A stretch of DNA of 64,000 bases from Eledone cirrhosa (Eukaryota), in NCBI GenBank assembly GCA_964016885.1, contig OZ024743.1, positions 193,192,001 to 193,256,000 on the forward strand, in the 5' to 3' direction. The notes under the pieces are model-generated. The model was not told the DNA's origin and searched no databases. It worked only from the letters and a program-made list of their open reading frames with translations. The first letter of the stretch is position 1. Each line of letters opens with the position of its first letter. The position numbers and the translations under genes were made by a program. This document shows, piece after piece, positions 12,810-26,232 of this stretch.

Positions 12810-12939
12810 CTGTGCTTTTAAAATGGATGTTTTGGGCAGTTCTTGCCTTTGTAGCTTGTTCGGGTAAAGAATCAGTAATGGCAATAAACATCTTTAAGTC
12901 ATTGTATGACAATCGAATGTTTAAAAGATTGAGAGTCAT
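12810..12939 (-). CDS. VPS13D: VPS13D exon (130 nt, phase 0-1)
   Basis: tacag|ATGACT...ACAG|gtttgt; LNIRLSYNDLKMF. Confidence 0.85.
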
Positions 12940-13052
12940 CTGTATAATAAAAAAAGCAAACATGATGTTGTATAAAAACAGATGAATGCAGTACAAGAAA
13001 CAAATGCCAAATATAGAATTATAACTTGAACACAAATTTGATAGAGGTTTTT

Positions 13053-13103
<51 letters not shown>

Positions 13104-14272
13104 CATTTTACTATGTTAGAGGAAGAAGGACTGTGCCAACATCAACAAGAGCCCCCTCACTCCCATCATCAGATTGGTGAGATAAAATTTTCTTCAGATC
13201 AGAGACGTGGCCCAAATGCTTGCAACAGAGTGTACGTTGTTAAAAGCACCAACAGTCAAATAGCAGTGTTAAACCAGGTGACAATATAATACCTTACATT
13301 TTTTATTAACAAAGGGAGAGCTTCTATGTGGTTGCTCAACCTGCTAGAAATACCAGCTAAATCTCTTTTGAATCCTGCCCCTTCCCAAAGGGGCATATTA
13401 AATAATGTAGTCTAATACACAATCTGAAGCAAATGGGATGGTTATAGCTGGTACACCTTTGACCCTAGGTTTGTGAAATCACGGATGACCTGGGTCATAA
13501 ACAAGAATAATAACATCCTTAAGTTTTTATAGCAAGGAAATACAAAGTTGTGCGATATTTATGCTATTTCCATGAACTGAAAATGCTCTAACCAAGTTTT
13601 TCTCCACTCTGCAATGGTCTTCTATAACGATACGAATAGAAGAACATCAACAGAGAATGTCCTGCATCATGCATGCAGCAGTAAGATCTGCCATATGTTG
13701 TTCTACAAATTCAGCCAATTTTACTAGTAATGACAGACAAACATACAATCAATACCTTGGGATTACATGGCTACATGATGTACAGAAAATAGCACACACT
13801 ATCTATAGTGCTCATAATGCAACAGAAAAGCACAAAAACAAAACAGTGCATGTATTCAAGGCACATAGAGCTGTGCTCAATTGTATTGTAAAACAAAAAA
13901 AAGTAAACAATACAAATTAGACTACTTTAATAATAACAATAACAATAGTAATAATGATGGTGGTGGCAGTGAACCTGAATGTGGATGATGAAAACAGAAA
14001 CAATCCCTATAATAATAGGTGCTCTGGGAATGATAAAAAAACAGACAGACAGACACATAGCAAAAACCTTACAAATATATACAGCATACAGTAAATAGCA
14101 CTACTAGGCAATGAACACATAATTCGAAGAGTACTCTCAATACAATAGAGATAACAACACAAAAAACAACACTACACCCAAGCCACACACAGTTGTGCTC
14201 GGTAATGCAGTAATAACGTACAATTAAAATAAGACTAATAAATAGTAATAATAATAATAATAATCAACTTAC

Positions 14273-14509
14273 TTCAAGAACTAGAGGATTCTCTACAGCT
14301 TGAGCATCTAGCAAGCCAGTAACACGAGAAGTTGAGCGATCTGGCAATGGGTTGGCATTAATTTCAATGGTAATGCTGGTTGGATCAATAATTGAAAGGG
14401 CAGTTTCCTCTTCCTCCATTAGGAAACAGGAAAATACTTCCAGGCTCTGCAAACTGCATGACAATGGTAAGTCTTGCGCTTTCGGACGATACCGTAACAC
14501 AGCAGTACA
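14273..14509 (-). CDS. VPS13D: VPS13D exon (237 nt, phase 0-0)
   Basis: ctatag|TGTACT...CTTGAA|gtaagt; LEVFSC...ETALSIIDP. Confidence 0.9.
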
Positions 14510-14944
14510 CTATAGTTAGAATATAAACAAGCAATAAAGGAAACTGATTATATACACATACATTTCAAAATTCATATACATTGCTATAATAGCTCCCCCC
14601 CCATGATATAATTGCAACTTCAACCATTTTGATACCAAACTGCCTGATACACAGTTCTATAATACACAGCTGTTTAGTTTAAAGTGTTTATAAAAACCAC
14701 CCAACATAATTCTTATGTAAGAACCTTTGTTAAGTTATTTCAAGCACCAGCTTAATAATGAGAATGTTATCATAGTTATATTACAAAATGTCTCCAAATT
14801 CTTGGTTATTTTCAAAATTATTTTTTAATTCTATGTAGTGTCTTTCATTAGAAATATGTACAATAACAAAAAAGATAAATGTTTTTGTTAAAAAATGTAA
14901 CATCTGCCATCACGAAACAATTGCTAAAACTGAGTGATAATTAC

Positions 14945-15043
14945 CTTCAGAATAGCTGCTTCTGTGTCCCATGTAGCCATGTCAGCAACAACTACAAATT
15001 GCGTATTTCTGACATTGACCTTCAGCTCAAATGGAACCTCAGT
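14945..15043 (-). CDS. VPS13D: VPS13D exon (99 nt, phase 0-0)
   Basis: ttttcag|ACTGAG...CTGAAG|gtaatt; PFELKVNVRNTQFVVV...AILK. Confidence 0.85.
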
Positions 15044-15174
15044 CTGAAAAGGAGCAGTGAAATTGAATAAATAAGCAGTAAGACATGAACAAATCCATTA
15101 AGAGTTAAGTCACAGTGGACTTAATGGATATAAGTGTAAATCACATAATATTAATTATATCAAAGAAACCATGC

Positions 15175-15520
15175 TTCATTAGATGTGCAATGTAGGTGCG
15201 AGAGAAAGGCAGAGCTGGGACGAGCTGAGGGAGAAGCTGGGTTTAAGAGGAATCCAAGGTGGTGTGCAGCCGAAAAGACAGTGTTGGTATGGACAATGAT
15301 CGCTGAGTGAAGAAGTGCCAGGAAATCCCAATGGAAGGAAGCCGCAGTAGAGGTAGACTAAGAAAGACCTGGGCAGAGGTGTGAGAACAGACCTCAAATT
15401 GCTGAGATTCACAGAAGAGATGATGAAAGAATGCAGTGAATGGAGAGATACCATGCTGAGAAGGACCCATCCAACCCATGCAAACATGGAAAAACAGACA
15501 TAAAAAAGATGATGATATGA
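15175..15520 (+). mobile_element. Old RTE LINE 3' fragment (family B); similar copy about 22170-22650
   Basis: Decayed MLRWMC...WYGH...GRGR..KTW coding remnant followed by a (tga)n tail. Confidence 0.7.
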
Positions 15521-17173
15521 AGGTAAGAGACAAATTCATTGTAAACAGGAAATGTGTATGCTCAGTTATTCAACAAAAACAAGAAATATTATATACTTAA
15601 TCGTCCAACAATACAAACCACACCCAACAGCAAGAACTAAGTCCTGTTCTATTTTTTTCTCATGTTTAATTTCAGTTATTCTTATTCTTTTTACCTCTAT
15701 TCACTCTTTCCTTCATTATTCTCATTGACTCACTCATTCCCTCACATCATTATTTCTTCTCTGGATTGTTTCTTCGGTGGATTGGCAGTATCGGTAGAGG
15801 GTTGGATGCCATGCTTTGAAGCATAGAGTTACCTCCCTTTATGATCTGAGTTCAAATCCCACCGAGGTTAACTTTGCTTTTCATCCTTACGGGGTCAATA
15901 AAATAAAGTGCCAGTAATGCACTGGGATAATTGCTGGCCTGGTACCAAAAGTAGAAACAATTATTTCCTCTCTTCAGGAGAGTGGATTGGCAGAATCATT
16001 AGAGTATCGGGTGAAATGCATTGCAGTGTCTTGTTATGGTCATCTGTCTTCTGGTTTCAAATAGCGCTGAGATTAACTTTGCCTTTTATCATTTGAGTGT
16101 TGATAAAATAAAATATCAATCAAATAATGAGGTCGATTTAATTGACTCCTCCCACAAATTGCTGGCCTTGTACCTAAATAAGACGCAATTATTTCCTCTC
16201 TTCCACACTCTATATATATTTCCCTCACATTCAAAAGCCGCTTCCACCTATTCTCTTCATTTCTCCACACATATATTTTTTTTTACATTAATTTTTCTTT
16301 CTCTCTTTCCAGTTCTTCCTATCAGTTGCTCATCCTCTATACCTCTGATGTTTTCTCACACTACCTAGTTAATTCAATCACTCAGTAGAAGAGCTCTAGT
16401 TTTCTTTCCACCTTTTCTCTTTTACTTGTACCATATTTTTCTTTTTCACTTGTATGTTTCCATTCCTCCTTATATTTAACTCTTTTCACATGGCTGCCTA
16501 TCTCACAAGCTGCTGACTTCTAGCCTGCTAATGTCTCACCGGTCTAATTAATTCACATTCTTCATAATACTGTCTTTCTCTCTCTTTAACCTCTCTCAGC
16601 ACAGCTACTTCTTTCTCCTTCTATGTTATAGAGTGAGGAAACCATGCATGAAAAAATTGACACATGACTTAACATTTTATATATAAAAATATAGGGTGTT
16701 TCCCTAAGGCTCAGCTTTCACATCTATGAGCCTAAAAAATGCTGCTGTAGTACCACTGTAAATCCTTTTGGTCTCCACGCACTGTCATGCCATTAGATTG
16801 CTGGCTGCTTCCCACACCATGCTGATCTCAACGAGATCGCACAGTATGGCCTGGACAGCACGGGCTTCCCTTCCCAGCTCAAGCCAATGGGACTAAGGGG
16901 ATGGCAAAAGGCCAGATGGCATGATAATTTTCTCGTTTCGCAGAGGTAGGCCACTCAACTGTGACACCTACTCTAGTGGCAACCTGGTGTGTCTGGCTAC
17001 CAGCCCAGGCTCTGCTGCTCACCTGGCCGAAGAAGGCAAACTGTCCAAGTATTAGCTGCTCTCTGATAGGTTTGTGGTAGAGCCTATAGCAGTGGGGACT
17101 TTTCACGTTCTTGTCTGAAACAATTATTTCCTAAGCAGAACATTCTATAGCGAAGTGGATATGAAATACTCAC

Positions 17174-17316
17174 TTGTTCAACAACATGACATCGTCTAGT
17201 CACTATTCCTTGAGATGTGTTAATAGGACTACGGGGCCTCAAAGAATTTATGTTATATTCACTCTGCTCTTTGATTTTTACAGCTTCATATTTTTTCTCT
17301 GGCTGCTTATCCATAT
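17174..17316 (-). CDS. VPS13D: VPS13D exon (143 nt, phase 1-0)
   Basis: taatcag|ATATG...GAACAA|gtgagt; SQGIVTRR. Confidence 0.8.
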
Positions 17317-18188
17317 CTGATTAAAATAAAAAAAATTTTTAAAGATGACTTGCAGAAAGAATTATTCTGAACATCATGATAGATGTTTCTATTACTATAA
17401 ATTGAAATTTGATTTTGAAGCTAATGGAATAGCAGAAATACTGAAAACTTATAGTGATTAACCACTCGGACATGCACAGTTGGAAAAAAACATACTATGT
17501 CCAAATTACCTCACTGTACCACATAAAATAAACCACTTGGTGCTAAGAGGGTATCCAGCTGTAGAAACCAAGCTGTATGAGCAAGACATGGTCACCTGAC
17601 CTGGCATTCCTCACAACAGGATAACTCGTCTAACCCATGCCATCGTGGAAACATGGACGTTAAGCAGTGATGTTGATGATGATGATGATAATGATTCCAC
17701 ACCTCAACTGAAATGTTGGTTTTGAGGGTTACTGCATATGTGCCATGGATCTGGTTGAAGAAGTGTGACCAGTAGATATACAACAATTACACAGAAAATA
17801 GTTTTAGCACCACTGTGTGCTGTGTTTGTGGCTAAGATACTTAACTCTCAATGGCTAAATACACTAATACAGAAATAAGTACAGTGTAGTAGTGTTCTGT
17901 TGTAAACAGTAACAACACTCCATAATTGTTGAATGTTATATTTGCTTACAATGTTGAGTTTCCTTGTTGGGGAATAAACATTGACATTTCTTGAATAAAA
18001 GGACTGAGCTACAGAAGCCAAAGACCCCAAAATGTGTATCATCATCATCCAAACATTATATTGAATTTGGAAGATGGAATGAAATATTTACTACTTCTTT
18101 ATCAAATTCAGCATGTTAATATACACAAACAAATGTTTTAGAGCAGAGCAATCTAAATATTGACTTTAGATCACATTTCATTACTTAC

Positions 18189-18410
18189 CTAAAAATGGGT
18201 CTTCAATTTCAGTGGTGAGAAAGTTATTGACTGCCAACAACCAGTCAAAAATGCACATTAATCGCATGTTATTCAACAACACAGTGAACAGCTTTACTTG
18301 ATTAGTGAACTGAAAATATAGTTCCATTTGCAGCTTGCTACCTGTATCTGCTTGTTTTGATGGCTGCAAGATGTTGCTAAACACATTTGGGGCTTTCCCA
18401 GGTGCATGAT
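18189..18410 (-). CDS. VPS13D: VPS13D exon (222 nt, phase 1-1)
   Basis: atatag|ATCAT...TTAG|gtaagt; NVFSNILQP, FTVLLNNMRLMCIFDWL. Confidence 0.85.
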
Positions 18411-20522
18411 CTATATTTTAAAATAGACAATAAAAATAATTCAAAGAGGCATTTCATTTATAAATTTGATAATATATATATATATATTTTATTCAACTCC
18501 ATATTTCACATCTTTTTTTCTAATTCAATACAGAGGAATACATTTCAACTGAATGAATTTCATAAAGATAATGATATGGGAATAAAACATGGGTAGTGTA
18601 TGTTAACCTAAGAAAAAAAAAAAGTGAAAATTGACAAAGTAACTGGCTACCAAAGACATTAGTTGATGTAAATTAGAAAGAACATAACATTGGTATACTT
18701 GTTTTAGTCAGTGAACTGAAGTTAATGTTGGGGCACAACCTTGAAAGGTTGTGCCCCGACAATGGCCACAGTTGATCATATCATTCCCAATAATTATTTC
18801 TAGGGTTTTTTTTATAATTATTTATTGATATTTATTTATTAATACCTATTTATCAAATTACTGCACTTGACATAAAACTACTTTACACATTGGTTTAAAC
18901 ACAGACACACATGCATACAGAAGGCAGACTTTTGTAGTTTTTCCTCTACCAAATTCCATTAAATGTATTGGTCAATCAAAGGCTACAATAGAAGATACTT
19001 CTTAAGATGCTGCACAGTGGGATTACATTTCTTAATTAGAAGGCTATACTTGCATGGTCATTAAAACAGCAATCATGATATTCTCCCAAAATAGATTTTA
19101 TCTTTAACTACTACTATGTATGGCGTTAAGAAATATGGACAGGTTATGTCAATGAATTGCGTGATTCTTTTTTTCAGTTTTATATCTATTTTTTTACAGT
19201 AGCATGGATGAGATTGTTGTCACAAATTATATTTGCTTAAATTCGTAGCAAATACTTTTTATAACAAGATGCCTTTCCTAATACTAATTCTCAAATTATG
19301 AAGTAGGAGTGAAATCTGTAGTCAATCAGGTTGAAGGCTCTTCAGTTGAGTCAATGACTGACAATCTCCCTAGTGCTGGTGCCTTGATAAAGTGCACTCA
19401 GTAAAGTGGTTGATGTTATGAAAGGCCCCCTGTCACAGAAGCCATACCAAAAAGTTTGAGAGGACTCTTCAGTCATGTTATAGAGATGACAACCTTTCAA
19501 GCGCTGGTGCTACAATAAAATGCACCAAGTACATTCTATAAAGTGGCTGGTGGTAGGGAGGGCATCAAGCCATAGAAAATTTACTAAACATAGGGTTAAG
19601 AAGACTCTCCAGTTGTGTCAAGGACATGATAATCTCCCTAGTGCTGGTGTCATGATAAAATGCATCCAGAACATTTTGTAAATTGCAGGAATGCATGTAA
19701 GCAACATGCAGCCCCCAGGCCATCTAACTGAGGACTGATGGTAGCCAGAGTGAGAACGAGATGGAAAAAGTTCAGGGAGCTGCTACTGCTACTAGCTACA
19801 AAAGGTTTTTCACTGAAAATGAAAGGCAGATTGTATGATGCATGTATATGAGCAGCAATGTTACAAGGTAGTGAGACCTACACTCCCTACCTATCACCAG
19901 ATAAGTGTCTCCTTAGATCTACCTCTCCAATCCCCATGCACCTCCCAGTCTACACTGTAAAGTGGTCATGTAGGTGTGACAATAAAAAGCACCCAGTCCA
20001 CTCTGTAAATGTGGTTGACATTAGGAAGGGCATCCAGCCATAGAAACCAAGCCACAATCAATTCTGTATGAGCAAGAGACAGTCATCTGATAAGGCTTGT
20101 CTCACTACAGGACAACTCGTCTAATCCATGTTAGCAGGACAAAATGGATGTTAAATGATATGCGTCTTCATATGAAAAATGTTAAAAGCAAGCAGTGTCA
20201 TTTGTGCATGTCCAGTGTAAACAATATGTTCTGCAGTGTAGTGGTCTGACAAAGACAAACGGTATATACTATACTTATAAATAAATCACAGGTTGGCATC
20301 TGGCCATAGAAAACTTATTCATGATGTTCTGTCCAATTTATGTTAACAGGCAGATGAGTGACGAACACACTACTATAAACGACCTTCAATCATTAATTTA
20401 ATCATTTTTTAATAAGAATATTTAATCTCGGTGAGCCACTGCAATAATGTATGATTTAAAATATATGAAATTAAAAGAAATAAAGTAGAACTATGTAAAA
20501 AGAAGAGCAAAATAGCTAGTAC

Positions 20523-20742
20523 CTTTATATCTTGTGTCAACTGCTCGTATTTCATGAGAAACGAGATCAACATCTTTTGTTCCATTGGAACGGGTTTTCA
20601 CCAAAAGATTAGAATGGATGAAGTCAAATCTAGCCAAAGAATCCTGGGTTGTGTTTTGCCAGTCAAATAATAGTTCCACGGTGATGTTTCTTAAATCAAT
20701 TTCCATGAGCATATTTGTCCAAACTGAACCAGAAGGAGGTGC
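20523..20742 (-). CDS. VPS13D: VPS13D exon (220 nt, phase 0-1)
   Basis: ttctag|GCACCT...AAAG|gtact; SLARFDFIHS, DLVSHEIRAVDTRY. Confidence 0.85.
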
Positions 20743-20869
20743 CTAGAAAACAACAGAAATAAAAATCTGACAAATATACTATTTGAGAGCAAATGAAATA
20801 TCTCTGAGAACTGAAATTAGGCCATAAAGTCAGTTCACTATGAATATCTACACTCTAATATTGTTATAG

Positions 20870-22010
20870 TAATAATAATAATTTCTTTATTAGCCATACA
20901 GAGATCACATTAATAAAACATTAAAGACTGTACAGCATGATACAGTATGGCTTTTTGTGTGCAAAAAAAGTTATAACAAAAAACTAAAAATAGAAACAAA
21001 ATCAAACACACAAAAAGAAATTCCCTAATATAGGGAGACCTATGAGGGTCAAACGTAGTGATATCCCACAAACAGTCACAGTCACCCTGATCGCTAGGGC
21101 CAGTGTCCTCTCCCAGTTGTCCTCCTCCAATTTATACACTCAGAGCAATCCCATTCACTTGGACCATGCTTGCCACCCTCACCTATCTTTCAACAAACTG
21201 GTCAGAAGGTAGCACTTCCCTTTCCACCCTGATTTTCCTCTTCAAGTGAAATATGAAAAAGTTAATCAAGCATCAGTGAAGAGCAAAGTGCTTGTCTTCA
21301 ACCTTTCGAATGTGTCCACCACATAACCTCTTTCGCCATGATCACCAGATGGTTAAAAGCTGCCTGTCCTTATCGGTTGCAGACGGGGCAATCTTTACAA
21401 TGGACTTAGATATGGGCCCTGCAGCTCCACCAAAGAGATGAGCTAGTGAACAGCGACCACATCTATTCACCATCAACGAAAAGTTGGAGATGAAGGCAAA
21501 GATGGTGACACAGATCTCCATAGCCTAGTTTAATTTGTATAGGAGTGGTTCAAAAGTCATTAAAAACAATATGAGCACATAATGTAGAATGATTCCAAGA
21601 GGTGACCATTCACTCTAACCACAGAGCAGATGTCACTGTGCATTACAGCAATCCAACCCCAGAAAATGGGCCCGAAGTCAGCTGTCTTGAGGAATATCAC
21701 AAAGTACTAATGGTCAACCATATCAAAAACTTTTGATTGATCTAAATTCATCAGAGCTCCACCTGTGCCACCTTTCTTAGCCTCCCGCTCTATTATGTAT
21801 CGCATGAGATCGAGGTTGTTATGGCTGGATCTCTTTTCTATCAGTCCACAGATGACAAGCACCAACTTCATTGCTAACACCTTGGCCAAAATCTTAAACT
21901 CTGCATTTAGCAGAGTTATGGGCCTAAAATTATTAATTGTGGGCCCTCATGTTTGTGTCCTTTCTCAGCAGTGCCACAACTACTTGGCTCACAAAACTGG
22001 GAATTGAGCA
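20870..22010 (-). mobile_element. Decayed L1/Tx1-like LINE fragment
   Basis: RPITLLNAEFKILAKVLA and LDQSKVFDMVDH RT motifs; (TTA)n tail near 20870. Confidence 0.7.
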
Positions 22011-22998
22011 TTCTTATAGGATTGAATATCATTCTGTTGTAAATATGATTTTAAACAGATAAATATGTTTCCTACATAGATGTTCAGGATCAATTAATAG
22101 TATAAGTACCAATAATAAGATAAATAATATAATCCTTTTCCAATCCCAAACAACAAAAAGTTTCTTTCTGTGAATGAAAGGTCGGCTGTATGATGCCTGT
22201 GTGCAAAGTGCCTTGCTGCATAGTAGTGAGACATAGGCAGTTAACATAGAGGACATGCGGAGGCTGGAGATAAATGAGGCAAGCATACTTCAATGGATGT
22301 GCAATGTTAATGTGTGAGAACGACAAAACATAGATGAACTGAGGGAGAAACTGTTATAAGAGGAATCAGAAGTAGTGTGCAGGAGAGGAGACTGTACTGG
22401 TATGGACATGTGATGCACATGGATGATGATCGTTGGGTGAAGGCCAAATCCAAGTGGAAGGAAGCTGCAATAGAGGAAGACCAAGAAAGACCAAGGCAGA
22501 AGTAGTGAGAGCTGATCTCAGATCACTAAAGCTCACGGAGGAGATGACAAAGGAATGCAACAAGTAGAGAGATGGTGTATTGAGAAGGACCCATCCAACC
22601 CATGCAAGCGTGGAATAATGGACGTAAAATGATGATGATGATTATGATGAATCTGCACAGGTATAAAGCAAAATATATACTTGTAACTGTGTAAAGTACG
22701 TAGTGGAAACAATCTGGGGTGTTTATTTTGTGGCTTATCAATGAATGCAGTGAGTTTTTCTGTCCTAGACGTCCGGAAGACACTTGCAAGAAATGGAAAC
22801 AAAACTGAAGGAAGAGGAAAAACAAATAATAATAATGATGATCTTTGACTTACATTATCTTTTCCTCAGCACATAATTATTTTTAATTAGTATCTAATGC
22901 TTACCTAATAAAATATGTTAACAGTAACTAGTCAAATAATTGCAGTGAAATAATAAACACATGCTAGTTTTTATGCTGGTTGATGAAAACAGACATAC

Positions 22999-23238
22999 CT
23001 TATTTTGTGGATCTTTCAAATATGTCATTATGGGCCGCTGGAACTCGGGCAATGTTTCACCGATATTATGAGCAAGAATCCCTCGCAGTAGTTTGTACTG
23101 CTTCAGAGTGACTAAAGCATGTATGGATGATAGTTTCCCAGTCATATGGAAATTTGGAGCAGAATGGCTAAGTTCCCGATCAAGATTACGTTCTACTTGT
23201 AGGTGTAAAGCACATTTTTCCTTGAAGATCTTACCAGT
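22999..23238 (-). CDS. VPS13D: VPS13D exon (240 nt, phase 0-0)
   Basis: tttgcag|ACTGGT...AATAAG|gtatgt; LQVERNLDRELSH, QYKLLRGILAHNIGE. Confidence 0.9.
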
Positions 23239-23428
23239 CTGCAAATAACAAAGTATTTTAAGTGAATGGCACAGAAATGTCAGGCTATTGTGAAAACGCT
23301 AAAAATGAATATGCCATTTGAAATATATATAAAGTGAGGTAATAACCTTCCCTCTTGAATCAGTTACATTTTTCATCTTAAAAATTCTATTACTAATGAT
23401 TCTAAGAAGATAAGTTAGTAATCCTTAA

Positions 23429-23610
23429 CCCTTTAGCATTTAAACTGGCTGTATCCGGCCAGCATTCTCTCACCTCTTTCTGTTCAAACCAGCTGCTCAT
23501 ACTGATATTAAGGTATTGTTCTCAAAGGAAATAATATCAAAATCTCATGAAATAAAGTGTTAACCGTGATAATACAATAGTAAATACAGAGTAATGTAAA
23601 TGCTAAAGGG
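23429..23610. mobile_element. piggyBac-type MITE
   Basis: TTAA|CCCTTTAGCATTTA ... TAAATGCTAAAGGG|TTAA: perfect TIRs with TTAA duplication. Confidence 0.85.
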
Positions 23611-24269
23611 TTAATCAAACCTTAAAAATTACTTAGTATAAACTCAGTACTATATAGTGCCATGAAATTCAATACTTTAGCATTATCCTGAAACCTTAGT
23701 GTAAATCATTATGTCCAAATCATTCTATTATAAAGTGCACTGGTTTACTCCTTACAATAAATTATAATATTCCAGGCAGTTAATAATAATATGTCATGTG
23801 TTTGAATATTCATATATATATATCTCCATCTATAACTCTTTATAATTTAAACACACAAATATTAACACATATACACATAATGAATACCCTATATCAATCA
23901 TGTTGCTACAATAAGAAATTTGCTTTCCAATTACAAAGTCCTGGGTTCTATCAATACATTTGTCTTTGTAAATAGTTATTTCTCAAAAGAATAGTGGAGC
24001 CTACTACCAGTCTGAAGTAATGATTTTATGAATTTTATTTTTTTATATACAAAAAGTCATAAACAATATTATTTGGTTATAATCATAACTATAATAAAGG
24101 GAGGAGTGCGGGAATGCGTCCTGAATATATTTTTTTAATCCCGAAGGGTGGTTTTTCTGCTAGTATATTTTAATAATTTAATAGTAATTTTCTCCACTAA
24201 AATAGACAAAGTGAATTAAGAAATTTTGATCACTACATGGCAAAATGTAATATATAAAATTTAACTTAC

Positions 24270-25058
24270 ATCTCTTTCAATAGAATAAATCTGTCCATCA
24301 GATGTATCAACTTTGGTCAACTCAGCTGAATATAAGTCCATATCAGTCAATGTTATTGACATTACATCTAGCAGACAGATGTGTTTCATGGGGTCAGCTT
24401 GAGCATAAGCCATGCTCTGCTGAACAGACAACAGGAAAGGGTTTATAGTCTTTTTTTCCTGAGCAAGCAATGGTGCTGACAGTTTTTTACAGAATTTACT
24501 ACTCTGTGGAGAGGCAAGTTTATCAGGATTGTTATCAGACAAAACATGGCTGTCCAACACTGAAAAGTTGCATGGAGAAACACACTCCAATGATGATAGG
24601 ACAACACTTTCTTCTGCAGAGACATTCTCAGTGGGATCAAAAATATCAGAAGATTTTGATTCAGTCATGGATGATGCTTCAAGCTCCCCATCTCTGATGT
24701 CATGTTCAAGACTACCATAAATGCTTTGGTTCATCAGATCAATATCAATTTTAGGAATAACTGATGCTGGCTTTTCACTCTCTTTTGGCTGATAGAAACC
24801 ACCTGGGGTCATAGGTGCGTTATTACTTTCAGAATTTGAAGATTTTTTGTCATCAGAATTAGCATTGGTTCTGTTGTACTGTCTACCTTTGATAGTGCCA
24901 ATGGAGCCATCTAAAAGGAACTGGTTGGTAACGCTAAGCCGGCCAAGTTCAGCAACAAGCAGACCTGTTGTTTTATAACTGTGAGGAAGCAAAATCACTG
25001 GACTGTCTGCTTCAATGTTCATCTTAATGCGAGCATTACGTATCATACTTGCTGAGAT
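24270..25058 (-). CDS. VPS13D: VPS13D exon (789 nt, phase 0-0)
   Basis: taatcag|ATCTCA...AGAGAT|gtaagt; IEADSPVILLP, LVAELGRLSVTN, CLLDVMSITLTDMDLYSA. Confidence 0.9.
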
Positions 25059-25226
25059 CTGATTAAAAGAAACCGAAAAAAAAAAAAGGATTAGAGAAAA
25101 ATGTGTGTAATAGTTGATAATTCTTACGTGCAAATGTTTATTCTTTTTTAAAATATCTGTAAAATACTTGCTTCATAATAACTTTCAAATGCAACTATTT
25201 TAATTATAATAAGTTAAGTCATTATT

Positions 25227-25410
25227 TATCATATATACTCATGTATAAGTTGCATCTTTTCCCATGAAGATACAACATGAAAAACCAGCATCCAGCTTAT
25301 CTATTGGACCTACAAAACCTAAACTCAAATTATATGGTACATTGTAAATGTATGTAAAATGGAAATGCAACTTATTGACAGGTGTAACATATACATGAGT
25401 ATAAAGGGTA
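25227..25410. mobile_element. Degenerate Tc1/mariner-type MITE
   Basis: Imperfect TIRs tatcatatatactcatgtata ... tatacatgagtataaagggta. Confidence 0.45.
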
Positions 25411-25683
25411 ACTGTTTATTATAACAAATGTAATATAATAGCAATAATTATTTATAATTATTATAATAGCAAATTAACTACTGTAGTATCTAGTTTGAAA
25501 TAATAAAAAACACCATCATAATCAAGGAATTTACAATCTAAATCAAGAAATCAAATGAAATGAATGCTTTTGTGAATGTATGAAAACAATGTGTGTATGT
25601 GTGAGTATGTGTGTATGTTACACTACAAACGACGAATTAAAAAAATAACAAGAACAATAAAGGGTTAATCACATTCATCTCAC

Positions 25684-25864
25684 CTTTTTCCCAATGGACG
25701 CAGCACGGATTCGACCCATTGTGTCATGTAATTGTAGGAAATGCACACAGAATGCAGTTACTTCACTTTGGAATCTATCTGTATATGTGTACTGCACAGT
25801 TGCCATATGCAGTTTAACACAAAGATCATATGCCCTCTGCATTCCTGGGTCATCTCCAGCATAT
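25684..25864 (-). CDS. VPS13D: VPS13D exon (181 nt, phase 2-0)
   Basis: tttcag|ATATGCT...AAAAAG|gtgag; MATVQYTYTDRFQSEV. Confidence 0.85.
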
Positions 25865-26232
25865 CTGAAAAACACACAGAAAAACATTATTGGTCAGAGT
25901 ACCCGATTGAACCCTATAAATAAGAATAAATTGACTTTAATCTGACTTCCTGAAATATTCATGCCTGTTCATATGTAAATCTACATTCCATATTTCTGTT
26001 TTAGTGTATTCTTTGGCAATATCATTATAATAAGTGATGGCATGTAACTTAATGATTAGGGGGTTCAGCCACAATGGTAAGGTTATAAGTTTGATTCCCG
26101 GTGGCATGTTACGTTCTTGAGAGAGATATTTTATTTCACATTGCTCTAGTCCACTTAGCTGGAAAAAATGAATTGTCCCAGCCCTATCACACATTGTATC
26201 ACACTAAATCTATGAGATTTATATTAAGGGTA

